Shown one piece after another: positions 37,515-47,162 of a stretch of DNA of 64,000 nucleotides (position 1 is the stretch's first letter; every line of letters begins with the position of its first letter). The stretch comes from Candidatus Danuiimicrobium aquiferis (GTDB lineage: Bacteria > Omnitrophota > Omnitrophia > Omnitrophales > Danuiimicrobiaceae). Below the pieces are notes generated by a model. That model did no database searches and was not told where the DNA came from. It saw only the letters and a list, made by a program, of their open reading frames with translations. Made by a program: the position numbers and the translations under genes. The DNA lies in NCBI GenBank assembly GCA_001804285.1, contig MHFR01000068.1, positions 34,383 through 98,382 on the forward strand, written 5' to 3'.

Positions 37515-39158
37515 ATGATTAGAAAAAAGAAGACTTATTTTATCGGCGAAGAATTAATCCGGAAAAATCTTGTGACGCTTGAGCAGATCGGACAGGCGCT
37601 TGAAGTTCAGGAACAAACCGGAGAATTTTTAGGAAGGATTTTGGTCCGTTTCGGTTTTATTCCCGAATCAAAACTAATTGAGGTTTTAGCCGACCAATTT
37701 GAATTACGGCTTGTCAGGCCCGACGAAATGGAGATTTCGAAAGAGGTGCTCCAAAGAGTGCCGCCAAAAGTTGCTCATCACTATCATATTTTCCCGGTTG
37801 AAATAAAAGGGAATCATTTATTGATTGCGATGAATGAACCACCTGAGTTTGACGTCATTCAGGAACTAAATGCGATTTTGGGGATTGAAATTCAAGTATT
37901 GTTAGCTGAACGTTCACGGATTGATGAAGCGATTCAGAAACATTATGGAATCGGAGCGTCTATCGTCGATCAATTGACGAAAACGAAAAAGAAACAATCT
38001 AAAGCGCAGGTTGAAGCCCAGATGGGTTCGACTGAAGAAATGGAAGCAACTGCCGGCGAATCTTCGGTGCGTGAACTGGTCAACCAGTTACTCATGGATG
38101 CCCAGAAAAAACGGGCGAGTGATATTCATATTGAACCTTTTTCAGACCGTTTGAGTGTCCGGTATCGCATCGACGGTATCTTGCAGGAAGCAAAGGTACC
38201 GGACGAAATCCGGCAATTCCATTCAAGCATTATTTCGCGCATTAAAATTATGGCCAATTTAGATATCTCAGAGCGCCGTCTTCCGCAAGACGGCCGGATT
38301 AAAATCAGCATTCAAAATGAAGAATTGGATTTGCGCGTGTCGCTGCTTCCCACTGCTTATGGCGAGTCGCTTGTGATTCGAATTCTGTCGCCGGCAAGGT
38401 TATTGAGATTGGATGGCATCGGGCTGGCACAAGATTATCTTGCTCGATTTCGCCAAATTTTGCAGAAACCGTACGGCGTTATTTTGCTGACCGGTCCCAC
38501 GGGAAGCGGCAAAACAACAACTCTGTATGGTGCGCTCAGTTCCTTGAATGATGTGGGGCGGAAAATTATTACGGTAGAGGATCCGGTTGAATATCAGCTT
38601 GATGGAATTATTCAGATGCAGGTGCATCCGAAAATTGATCTGACATTTTCAATCGGGTTGCGTCACATGTTGCGGCATGACCCGGATGTGCTGATGGTCG
38701 GAGAAATCCGGGATGCCGAAACGGCGGAAATTGCGATCCGTTCGTCACTGACCGGCCATTTGGTGTTTTCCACTTTGCATACCAATGATGCGGTGGGTGC
38801 AATTGCTCGGCTTCTTGATCTCGGAATGCAACCGTATCTGGTATCTTCCAGCCTTGAATGTGTGATTGCCCAGCGATTAGTCCGGTTGATTTGTGAGAAA
38901 TGTAAGACGAAAAAAGACGGAGAATATATCGGGCAAGGATGCGAACAATGCAACGATACCGGATTCTATGGGCGGACTGCCATTCATGAATTTCTCGTGT
39001 TGGATGATGAGTTGAGGGACATGGTTGCAAGGGGAATGAGCGCCCTTGAAATCAGGGAGGCTTCTGTGAAAAAGGGGATGCGGCTCCTCAAAGATGATGG
39101 CCTCTCGAAAGTTCGTGCCGGGTTAACCACTACAGCTGAAGTATTGCGGGTAACATGA
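37515..39158 (+). CDS. Type II secretion / type IV pilus assembly ATPase (GspE/PilB family)
   Basis: N-terminal GSPII domain, Walker A LLTGPTGSGKTTTL, Asp/His boxes, and a tetracysteine motif CEKCKT...CEQCNDTGFYGR. Confidence 0.85.
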   Translation: MIRKKKTYFIGEELIRKNLVTLEQIGQALEVQEQTGEFLGRILVRFGFIPESKLIEVLADQFELRLVRPDEMEISKEVLQRVPPKVAHHYHIFPVEIKGNHLLIAMNEPPEFDVIQELNAILGIEIQVLLAERSRIDEAIQKHYGIGASIVDQLTKTKKKQSKAQVEAQMGSTEEMEATAGESSVRELVNQLLMDAQKKRASDIHIEPFSDRLSVRYRIDGILQEAKVPDEIRQFHSSIISRIKIMANLDISERRLPQDGRIKISIQNEELDLRVSLLPTAYGESLVIRILSPARLLRLDGIGLAQDYLARFRQILQKPYGVILLTGPTGSGKTTTLYGALSSLNDVGRKIITVEDPVEYQLDGIIQMQVHPKIDLTFSIGLRHMLRHDPDVLMVGEIRDAETAEIAIRSSLTGHLVFSTLHTNDAVGAIARLLDLGMQPYLVSSSLECVIAQRLVRLICEKCKTKKDGEYIGQGCEQCNDTGFYGRTAIHEFLVLDDELRDMVARGMSALEIREASVKKGMRLLKDDGLSKVRAGLTTTAEVLRVT

Positions 39159-39312
39159 GGTCTCGAAAATCCGAATTTTGTTTCCTATGAAATATTTAAA
39201 ACAGCTTAAAAGAGCTTGATTTGCGATTGAAGGTTCGTTAATCTATGCCCGCCTTACCGTTGGATGAGGCTCAATTTTTTTAATTTAAAGATTAACTGAA
39301 AGTGAAAATTTT

Positions 39313-41136
39313 ATGCAGGTGGTTACTATGAAAAATGAACGAACTAATCATGCAGAGCTTTTAAATTGGGTCAAAGCGATGGCTGAACTTTGCACGCCTG
39401 ACAGAATCGTTTGGTGCGATGGTTCGGAATCCGAAAAAAAACGTTTGGAACAGGAAGCGGTGGGAACGGGCGAGCTTGTCGAACTCAATCAGGAGAAAAT
39501 GCCGGGGTGTTTCTATCATCGTACGGCAGTGAATGACGTCGCGCGGACGGAACATTTAACTTATATTTGCACGTCGAAACAAGAAGACGCGGGACCTACT
39601 AATAATTGGATGGCGCCCGAAGAAGCATACGAAAAAGCGAGGCAGCTTTTTAAAGGTGCGATGAAGGGCCGAACCATGTATGTCATTCCGTTTAGCATGG
39701 GCCCGATTGGTTCCGTATTCAGCAAAATCGGTGTTGAGCTGACGGATAGTATTTATGTGGTTCTCAATATGCGCATCATGACGCGAATGGGAACGGCGGT
39801 TTTAGAGGCGCTCGGTTCCAAAGGCGAATTTACAAAATGTCTTCACAGCAAAGCTGATCTTGATATCTATCGCCGTCTCATTCTCCATTTTCCGGAAGAT
39901 AATACGATTTGGAGTGTCGGTTCCGGTTACGGCGGAAATGTGCTTCTCGGGAAAAAATGTTTGGCGCTTAGAATTGCAAGTTATCTCGGTATGAAAGAAG
40001 GCTGGATGGCTGAGCATATGCTTATTCTCGGGATTGAAAAGCCGAACGGAGAGATTCAATATGTCGCCGGTGCATTTCCGAGTGCTTGCGGGAAAACCAA
40101 TTTGGCGATGTTGGTTCCGCCTGAAGGGTTGAAACATAAAGGATACCGGATTTGGACGGTTGGCGATGATATTGCGTGGATGCGGATCGGAAAAGACGGA
40201 AGGTTGTGGGCGATTAATCCCGAAAACGGATTTTTCGGCGTATTGCCCGGAACAGGGCCCGCGACTAATCCGCTTGCGATGGAAACAATCAAGGAAAATA
40301 CGATTTTTACCAATGTCGCGTTGTGTCCGGACGGGACGGTTTGGTGGGAAGGAAAAGATGATAACCCGCCGGCTGAAGCGATTGATTGGAAAGGCGATAA
40401 ATGGCAGCCGGGGATGAAAGATAAGGACGGAAAACCCGTGTTAGCAGCGCATCCCAATAGCCGTTTTACAGCGCCGATATCGCAATGTCCCAGTTTTAAT
40501 CCAAAGATACATGAATCGACAGAAGGGGTTCCCATCTCTGCCATTATTTTTGGTGGCCGAAGAGCCGGACTCGTTCCGCTCGTTTACGAAAGTTTTAATT
40601 GGCGGCATGGTGTTTTTGTCGGTTCCCAAATTGCATCAGAGAGAACTGCGGCACAATTCGGAAAGCAGGGGGAAGTTCGGCTGGATCCGATGGCGATGCT
40701 TCCTTTTTGTGGATACAATATGGGCGATTATTTTAAACATTGGCTTGAAATGGGGAAACGGATGAAGTCTCAGCCAAAAGTTTTCCGTGTCAATTGGTTT
40801 CGTCGTGATCAAAACGGCAAGTTCCTCTGGCCGGGGTTCGGCGATAATTTAAGGGTTCTTGAATGGATTTTGGACCGTTCGAACGGGAAAGTGGATGCGG
40901 TAGAAACACCGATCGGCTATATTCCAAAGCCGAATAGTTTGGATTTGACGGGACTGAATTTAAATCCTGAAACGCTCAAAGAATTATTTGATATCGATCC
41001 GGGCGAATGGATGCCGACTTTTCTCGCGGAAGAAGAATTTTTGGCTCAGTTTGGTTCTAAACTTCCTCAAGAGCTTAGAGAAGACTTAGAAGATCGGGAA
41101 AAACGGTTTCAAGCGGTTTTGAAAAACAAACATTAA
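39313..41136 (+). CDS. pckG: Phosphoenolpyruvate carboxykinase (GTP)
   Basis: FPSACGKTNLAM kinase-1a motif, GDDIAWM, and overall GTP-PEPCK architecture (~600 aa). Confidence 0.85.
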   Translation: MQVVTMKNERTNHAELLNWVKAMAELCTPDRIVWCDGSESEKKRLEQEAVGTGELVELNQEKMPGCFYHRTAVNDVARTEHLTYICTSKQEDAGPTNNWMAPEEAYEKARQLFKGAMKGRTMYVIPFSMGPIGSVFSKIGVELTDSIYVVLNMRIMTRMGTAVLEALGSKGEFTKCLHSKADLDIYRRLILHFPEDNTIWSVGSGYGGNVLLGKKCLALRIASYLGMKEGWMAEHMLILGIEKPNGEIQYVAGAFPSACGKTNLAMLVPPEGLKHKGYRIWTVGDDIAWMRIGKDGRLWAINPENGFFGVLPGTGPATNPLAMETIKENTIFTNVALCPDGTVWWEGKDDNPPAEAIDWKGDKWQPGMKDKDGKPVLAAHPNSRFTAPISQCPSFNPKIHESTEGVPISAIIFGGRRAGLVPLVYESFNWRHGVFVGSQIASERTAAQFGKQGEVRLDPMAMLPFCGYNMGDYFKHWLEMGKRMKSQPKVFRVNWFRRDQNGKFLWPGFGDNLRVLEWILDRSNGKVDAVETPIGYIPKPNSLDLTGLNLNPETLKELFDIDPGEWMPTFLAEEEFLAQFGSKLPQELREDLEDREKRFQAVLKNKH

Positions 41137-41209
41137 TAAAGATAGTCAATCTGTGTGATGGTGGACGGATTTGGATTTGCTATCACAAGATCATAGAAGG
41201 CGTCATCAT

Positions 41210-41572
41210 ATGCCGACAAAATTGCTTGTGGTGGATGATGAAAACGGAATTCTCGAAGAAGTAAAAACATTTTTCGAGGAAGAAGGATTCCGGGTTTTTG
41301 TGGCTGAGAGCGGTGAAGAAGGCATTGAGATTCTCAAACGTGAAAAACCTGAAGTGATGCTGCTGGATATGAAGTTACCGGATATGTCAGGACTGTTGGT
41401 TTTAAAGATTTGCAAGGAATCAAGCCCTCTTACCAAAGTCATTGTTAATACGGGGTATGTAGATCAACTCTTAATTGATCAAGCTGAAGAATTAGGGCGG
41501 GATATTTTTCTTCAGAAACCGTTTGATTTGCAAGTACTTAAGGGGGAAGTGGATCGTTTGTTGGGCATCTAG
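41210..41572 (+). CDS. Stand-alone response regulator receiver (CheY-like)
   Basis: KLLVVDDE...MLLDMKLPDMSG...(T)...K pattern. No output domain is present. Confidence 0.7.
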   Translation: MPTKLLVVDDENGILEEVKTFFEEEGFRVFVAESGEEGIEILKREKPEVMLLDMKLPDMSGLLVLKICKESSPLTKVIVNTGYVDQLLIDQAEELGRDIFLQKPFDLQVLKGEVDRLLGI

Positions 41573-41591
41573 TCTATGCGGAGAGTGAACA

Positions 41592-42320
41592 GTGTCTAAA
41601 TTGAAAATTTGCGTTGGTACGGAAAATAAAAAAGCAATAGAATTTTTCTCTGATTATTTTGGTGAGACGCAATCGGTTCCGTCTATCATTCGCTCCAAAG
41701 CGGACGTTGGCGCTATTTTTACGGGAACACCCGATATGATTTTTATTGAAGGAGGGTGGGTGGACAATCGTCTGGTCGAAAGTTTGACCGACATGAAACA
41801 TAAAAATAGAGACCTTAAATGTTTTCAACTCGGTTACGTTTCTTCTCCCGAATCATTCCAGTTTCTGGGAAAGGTGGAGCTTCCCATTGATGAGAAGGCT
41901 TTCCATAAAGTGGTTCTTCCTCACATGCAGTACCCCGAACGAATTAAAGTCCTTGTCGTGGATGATGAGCGGGAAGTGTGCGAGATGATTAAAGAATATT
42001 TCGAGTTCCGGATTAAGCCGGCTTTCCATGTGCGTTCGGCACAAAATGGGCTCGAGGGATTCAAACTGATCGAACAAGAAACTCCGGATTGTCTTATTCT
42101 TGATATTAAAATGCCTGTTAAAACAGGCGTTGAACTTTATCGTGACCTTATTCGGAGCGGAAGGAAGATATTAACAATTATCTTTATCGATTCGACGTCT
42201 TCAGAAGACATTCTTGAAATCCGAAAATGGGGATCTCCGATTTTTGTGGAAAAAGGCGGCCATTACAGCTCGATGTCGGAAATGATCTCGCTCATTAAAA
42301 AGTTAATCGCATTTTCTTAA
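41592..42320 (+). CDS. Response-regulator protein with an N-terminal degenerate receiver-like domain and a C-terminal canonical receiver
   Basis: GTG start. C-half IKVLVVDDE...CLILDIKMPVKTG. Confidence 0.6.
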   Translation: MSKLKICVGTENKKAIEFFSDYFGETQSVPSIIRSKADVGAIFTGTPDMIFIEGGWVDNRLVESLTDMKHKNRDLKCFQLGYVSSPESFQFLGKVELPIDEKAFHKVVLPHMQYPERIKVLVVDDEREVCEMIKEYFEFRIKPAFHVRSAQNGLEGFKLIEQETPDCLILDIKMPVKTGVELYRDLIRSGRKILTIIFIDSTSSEDILEIRKWGSPIFVEKGGHYSSMSEMISLIKKLIAFS

Positions 42321-42333
42321 CGTTAATTTAGCG

Positions 42334-42708
42334 TTATTCTTTCCCGAGAGCGTCACTTACCGCGCGCTGAATTTTTTCCAGGCTGACCGGTTTTGGAATG
42401 ATGCTGTAATCCGCGTGAGACGAACTTGAAAGTTGAGGACGGGTTCCTTGCGCGAGAGCCGTCAGGAAAATAATAGGTGTTTTTGTGTGATTTGGCATTT
42501 CCCGGATTTTCTCATAAACCACCACACCATCGATATCCGGAAGATGGATATCCAGCATGATTAAATCAAACTTTACTTGTTTAGCTTGATTGAGCGCATC
42601 TATTCCGTTTTGTGCGGTGACCACATCCAATCCGAGATCATTCAAACATTCGGAAATGAGATTGCAGATATCGGATTCGTCATCAACGATAAGCACTTGT
42701 TTTGGCAT
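42334..42708 (-). CDS. Stand-alone response regulator receiver (CheY-like)
   Basis: MPKQVLIVDDESDI...LIMLDIHLPDIDG...PIIFLTA...IPKP. Confidence 0.7.
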   Translation of the reverse strand: MPKQVLIVDDESDICNLISECLNDLGLDVVTAQNGIDALNQAKQVKFDLIMLDIHLPDIDGVVVYEKIREMPNHTKTPIIFLTALAQGTRPQLSSSSHADYSIIPKPVSLEKIQRAVSDALGKE

Positions 42709-42868
42709 GATTTTTCTCCCTTCAACTAACATCGGCGAATGAATTTCTAAACTTAAACATAGTATAGCCTAAATGATCGGAAAAGCAAAGCATCAGATAT
42801 CATCGCAATCGTTTTTGGGGAGACAGGAGAAATCTTTCCATGACATTTTGCAGTTCCATGATTTATAA

Positions 42869-43780
42869 TTGCATGATATGAAACGGCCTAACTTTTTTAT
42901 TCTTGGCGCTCCGAGGTGCGGCACGACTTCACTTTGCGATTATCTGCGAAAGCATCCCCGCGTTTTTGTGTGCTATCCGAAAGAGATTCATTTTTTTGCA
43001 GAAGACTTCCCAAGTTGCCGTGTGTCTAAAATATTGGATGATTATTTGCGGTTTTTTTCGGGCGCGACAGAAAAACACCTTGCGGTCGGCGAGGGTGCTG
43101 TTTTGTACCTTTATTCAAAGGTTGCTGTAAAAAAAATATGGGAATATGATCCGAAATCAAAACTGATTGTTTTCATTCGGAATCATGTTGATTTTCTTCA
43201 GTCATGGCATGCTCATCAGGTTTTTATTGGTTTGGAGAAAATCACGGAATTGAAGAAAGCCTGGAACGCCGAGAATGAAAGAAGGAGGATGACAAATAGG
43301 ACATATCTGCGTAAAGATCCTAAATTCTTTTATTATTCGGATATCGGAAAATTGGGAGAACAATTGGAACGTGTTTATTCTATTTTTCCTCGAGAGCAGG
43401 TTAAAGTGATTTTAAATGAAGATTTTGCGTTATCGCCCCGGCGGGTGTACCAAGACATTTTAGGGTTTTTAAATGTTCCGGATGATCAACGAGAGATATT
43501 TCCGCGCTACAACAGGAATAAGGTGAGCCAATATCCGCGATTGATTTCATTTCTCACGGATCCACCTGTGTTCATCGGATGGTTGACTGATACGATCAAG
43601 AAAGTCTTACACATTAAGCGGTTTGGGATTACAAGGTTTTTCCTCCGTGCCGGCCGGAAATATACTGAAAGAGTTCCACTGGATCCGTCATTTCGAAAGG
43701 AATTGATTGATTATTTCCGCGACGATAGAGAAAAATTATCGAGACTCATTAACAGAGATTTAACCCATTGGGAAAATTGA
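42869..43780 (+). CDS. Sulfotransferase-family protein (PAPS-dependent)
   Basis: FFILGAPRCGTTSL resembles the 5'-PSB loop of sulfotransferases. ~300 aa. Confidence 0.6.
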   Translation: MHDMKRPNFFILGAPRCGTTSLCDYLRKHPRVFVCYPKEIHFFAEDFPSCRVSKILDDYLRFFSGATEKHLAVGEGAVLYLYSKVAVKKIWEYDPKSKLIVFIRNHVDFLQSWHAHQVFIGLEKITELKKAWNAENERRRMTNRTYLRKDPKFFYYSDIGKLGEQLERVYSIFPREQVKVILNEDFALSPRRVYQDILGFLNVPDDQREIFPRYNRNKVSQYPRLISFLTDPPVFIGWLTDTIKKVLHIKRFGITRFFLRAGRKYTERVPLDPSFRKELIDYFRDDREKLSRLINRDLTHWEN

Positions 43781-43824
43781 TCACGGACTCTATTGGTAAA
43801 ATTAAATAGGAGGCGTATTTTTAT

Positions 43825-44058
43825 ATGAACATTGAAAATGAAGAGCCGAAGGATTGGGAAGTTCGGGATGAAGAGGTCCCTGATAAATTAGAAAAAAAGT
43901 GGACTACAGATGAAAATCAGGCGAGACAATCTACTTTTTGTCCGAAGTGTAAGCAAATTCTCCCGGGGAACACATACCGCTGTCATTCTTGTGGTGCGCA
44001 GATTGATTATGATTCGGGGTTGCTTGGGAAAATCTTGAAATGGTTAAAAGGCGGGTAA
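43825..44058 (+). CDS. Small zinc-ribbon protein
   Basis: CPKCKQ...CHSCGA four-Cys ribbon. 77 aa. Confidence 0.45.
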   Translation: MNIENEEPKDWEVRDEEVPDKLEKKWTTDENQARQSTFCPKCKQILPGNTYRCHSCGAQIDYDSGLLGKILKWLKGG

Positions 44059-44067
44059 AACGATGCG

Positions 44068-44790
44068 CTACTCAGCCGATGGTTGTAGGGTGTAGTCTTT
44101 AAAATGGGCGTCACCCATGGTTTTCATCATCCATTCCATCCAGCGTTTTTCCACTTCTTCTGCGGGAACATCTTTGAGGATGGTTTCTCGGATTTTTCGC
44201 GCACAAATATATTTTCGAATCGCCTCTTCAAATTCCCGCGGTCTTCCGCGGTATTGATTCTTCACCCACATTTGATAAAAAGCAGGACTGAACCCGCCGC
44301 TTTCCGAAGAAAAAAGCTTCAAAATTTCTCGAGAGACTTCATCGTTAGAAACTTCCATTTTCATCCGCTTTGCTTCTTCACTAAATATGATTGATTGCCA
44401 CGCCAGGCTGCGGACTTCTTCGTAAGTCGGCGGCTCCGGTTTTTCGGATGATTTCGGATCTTCAGTTAGCGGTTCCGGCTCTTTGTATCTTTTCGCATTT
44501 TCCGCAATTTCTTTGGTTTCGGCAGAAGGTGGGGTGGGTGTGGATTGAGTTTCCGGCTTTTTTTCTTCGGTTTTTCGCTGAAGCGCAATAATCCCGGACC
44601 GCGTCATAATATCATAAAAGCGCAACATAGATTGGAACTCCGTGATGGATATATTTTTCCCGAACGCACTTCCTGCGTAGGAAGAACTCGAGCTCCGTGA
44701 GGCGACAAAGCTTCCGGCCCCCCAAATCACAAAGGAAAGGACAATAATCCAAATAATGAATTTGATATTTTTCCGGAAAAATGGCAGCAT
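44068..44790 (-). CDS. Membrane-anchored hypothetical protein, possibly a SurA/PpiD N-domain-like chaperone
   Basis: N-terminal TM, Pro/Glu/Lys-rich linker, and a C-terminal helical domain. The call rests on weak resemblance only. Confidence 0.4.
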   Translation of the reverse strand: MLPFFRKNIKFIIWIIVLSFVIWGAGSFVASRSSSSSYAGSAFGKNISITEFQSMLRFYDIMTRSGIIALQRKTEEKKPETQSTPTPPSAETKEIAENAKRYKEPEPLTEDPKSSEKPEPPTYEEVRSLAWQSIIFSEEAKRMKMEVSNDEVSREILKLFSSESGGFSPAFYQMWVKNQYRGRPREFEEAIRKYICARKIRETILKDVPAEEVEKRWMEWMMKTMGDAHFKDYTLQPSAE

Positions 44791-44915
44791 AAACTATCTT
44801 TCTATTTAGTCGATGATGTAAAGGTGATTTTAATTAATTGATTTTGCGCTTTATCCTTGTTTTTTATAATGAGTTATGTTAGCATTTTTCAACAATTTAA
44901 CCAAATAAAAATATC

Positions 44916-46493
44916 GTGAAATTCTTAAAATTTTCAATTATCATTTTATTTCTGCTAAGTCTCCTATCAGCGGGAGTCACCTCCTATGTATCTGCGCTTC
45001 GTGAGAATGAAAAATCAAAGCGAATTGAGTTAGAGGCTAAGATCAAAGACTTAAAGGCCAAGATCGAAGGGTTAAATGAAGAAAAAAAGGGTTTGGAGGA
45101 TGAACTCACCCAGAACGAGGCTCAAATCAACGATTTAAATGCCAAAATTGAAGCCGAAAGATCCGCACGGTTAAAAGCAACACAAATAGCGAGCGATCAG
45201 GAGAAGCAAGCTAATTCTGTTCGGGAAGAGTTGCGGGAATCTGAAAAATCGTTCGACAATGCACAGCGGCGAAACCGGGAGTTGGAAAAAATTTTAAATG
45301 AACTTCAGAAAAGATTGAAGGAAGCGGAAGATCGTGCTGAAAAAGCAATGAATCAGGTTGCTGAGCTGAATGCCATCGTCAGTAATAATCCTCCTGTGGC
45401 GGGCTCGGTACTTCCAATAAACCCAACCTTTTCTTCTGATCAAGGTGAAGCAAAGCCACGTTTTTTCTTGCATAAAATCGTAACTCGGGGAACAAAAGAG
45501 AAAAAAGAAGAAGGGCTATTGCCCGTGAAGAAGGAAGTGCAGGGCGAGAAAGAACCGGTAAAAACCGGATCTCGTATGGTTCAAGATTTGAAGGGAGGAA
45601 TCCAACCGGCGAAAGTGATTGAGCCGGTCTCAAAACCGTCTCCAGCGATTTTATCTCAACCAAGCTTGGTTTCTAAGACAATTCCCGTGATTCCCAAAGC
45701 AAATATTCTTTCAACCGCGCAATCCAAGGAACCGGCAAAAGAAGTTGTTCACAAAAAAGAAATAACCCAGACGAAATCGGAAAAGAGTGAGGGGAAGAAG
45801 GCAGGGGCTATTCGTCGGGTATTTTCAAAAATATTCGGGCGTTCAGAAAAGAAAGAAGAGGAAAAAAATTATACAGAAAAAAAAGTGACGGATGTGGTGG
45901 CGAATTCTCAGGAATTGAATGGAAAATTTGGTGATGTGGTATCAGCGGCAGCAAAAAAGGAGCCAAGTCTCGAACCATCAAAAGGGAATGTCCCAGCTTT
46001 CCCAAGGTCCGGAATGGTGGGGGCTATTCCTCGCTCAGAGCCTGTTCAGCGGCACGTTCTTCCCTCTATCCCTGGTTTTGGCAGAGGAGTCAAAAAAGAA
46101 TCATCGGATCAAACAGAAGCTCTTGCCCAACCGAAATCTGTAGCGTCGGGGAAACAAACGGCCACTATCCCTCAAACGTCAGCGGAATACAAGCCAAAGG
46201 GGATTGAACAAGAATCTAAAAAAACTGAGAGTCTATATCCGTCTCAAACTTCACAAATCGATTCAAAAAACGGCCGTGTGTTGTTGGTGAACCGTCAGTT
46301 TAACTTTATCGTGAACAATTTGGGTTCCAAACACGGTGTTGGCTTAAATGATGTGTTAAGCGTGATGAGGCGTGGGGGCGAAATTGCAAAAGTTCGCGTT
46401 GAAAAAATCTATGACGATTATTCCGCAGCGTATATTACAGAAGAACAAGATGGGATTGAAATCGGAGAGGGCGATGAAGTCTCGCGAATTTAA
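44916..46493 (+). CDS. Secreted coiled-coil protein with a C-terminal globular domain
   Basis: GTG start, signal peptide, and ~150 aa of heptad-rich sequence (KIKDLKAKIEGLNEEKKGLEDEL...). A low-complexity middle and a conserved-looking C-terminal ~70 aa. Confidence 0.5.
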   Translation: MKFLKFSIIILFLLSLLSAGVTSYVSALRENEKSKRIELEAKIKDLKAKIEGLNEEKKGLEDELTQNEAQINDLNAKIEAERSARLKATQIASDQEKQANSVREELRESEKSFDNAQRRNRELEKILNELQKRLKEAEDRAEKAMNQVAELNAIVSNNPPVAGSVLPINPTFSSDQGEAKPRFFLHKIVTRGTKEKKEEGLLPVKKEVQGEKEPVKTGSRMVQDLKGGIQPAKVIEPVSKPSPAILSQPSLVSKTIPVIPKANILSTAQSKEPAKEVVHKKEITQTKSEKSEGKKAGAIRRVFSKIFGRSEKKEEEKNYTEKKVTDVVANSQELNGKFGDVVSAAAKKEPSLEPSKGNVPAFPRSGMVGAIPRSEPVQRHVLPSIPGFGRGVKKESSDQTEALAQPKSVASGKQTATIPQTSAEYKPKGIEQESKKTESLYPSQTSQIDSKNGRVLLVNRQFNFIVNNLGSKHGVGLNDVLSVMRRGGEIAKVRVEKIYDDYSAAYITEEQDGIEIGEGDEVSRI

Positions 46494-46610
46494 GCCGAGC
46501 ATCCGCGGATCTGTTTTTTTTAATTTCATTTCAATTATTGCAATCCTCTGTGTGTTGATCGTTTTACTTATTCAAACAAGCGAGTTGATGAAGTATATCG
46601 GAACTCAAGG

Positions 46611-46874
46611 TTGAACGGTTGTAAACGGAAAAAGGAAATGATGTTCCAGCAATCGAAATGGAAATACGTATTTTTCTTTTTGCTTCTGAGCGGAATTGCC
46701 ACGACTGTTTTGGCGGCAGATGATTCGGAATGTAAAAAAGCCAATTTGGAATTGGATAGTGTGATTACTCAGGTTGACGGATTGATTGCGCAGCAAAAGG
46801 AAATGATGGCGAAACAGGAAAATCTGTTAAAGGAAATTGAAAGTCTGAAAATTTGGGTGAATAAACGAAGATGA
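46611..46874 (+). CDS. Small secreted coiled-coil protein, paralog 1
   Basis: Signal peptide. C-terminal motif L.IW.N.RR shared with the next ORF. Confidence 0.5.
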   Translation: MNGCKRKKEMMFQQSKWKYVFFFLLLSGIATTVLAADDSECKKANLELDSVITQVDGLIAQQKEMMAKQENLLKEIESLKIWVNKRR

Positions 46875-47086
46875 AAATTTGTCATGTTTTTATTTTGGCG
46901 GTCGTATTAAGTATATGGGTTTGTCGTTCCGTTGCTTTCGCGGCGGTTGGTGCGGATTCGAAGATAGAGAAGCTAAAGAATAAATTGATAGAATTGAAAA
47001 CCTCACAAGCTGCGATGATAGGGAAACAATCCGCGATAGAAAAAGCAATCTCTGATCTTCGGATTTGGATTAATCTTCGAAGGTAG
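46871..47086 (+). CDS. Small secreted coiled-coil protein, paralog 2
   Basis: Signal peptide. Ends DLRIWINLRR, compared with SLKIWVNKRR in paralog 1. ATGA overlap with paralog 1. Confidence 0.5.
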   Translation: MKICHVFILAVVLSIWVCRSVAFAAVGADSKIEKLKNKLIELKTSQAAMIGKQSAIEKAISDLRIWINLRR

Positions 47087-47162
47087 TATATCCTTTCTTG
47101 TATTAAGCGGTGTTATCCAAGGGCGAGTTTAAATTTCAGAATGACGACGAATTTGGAGTTTC

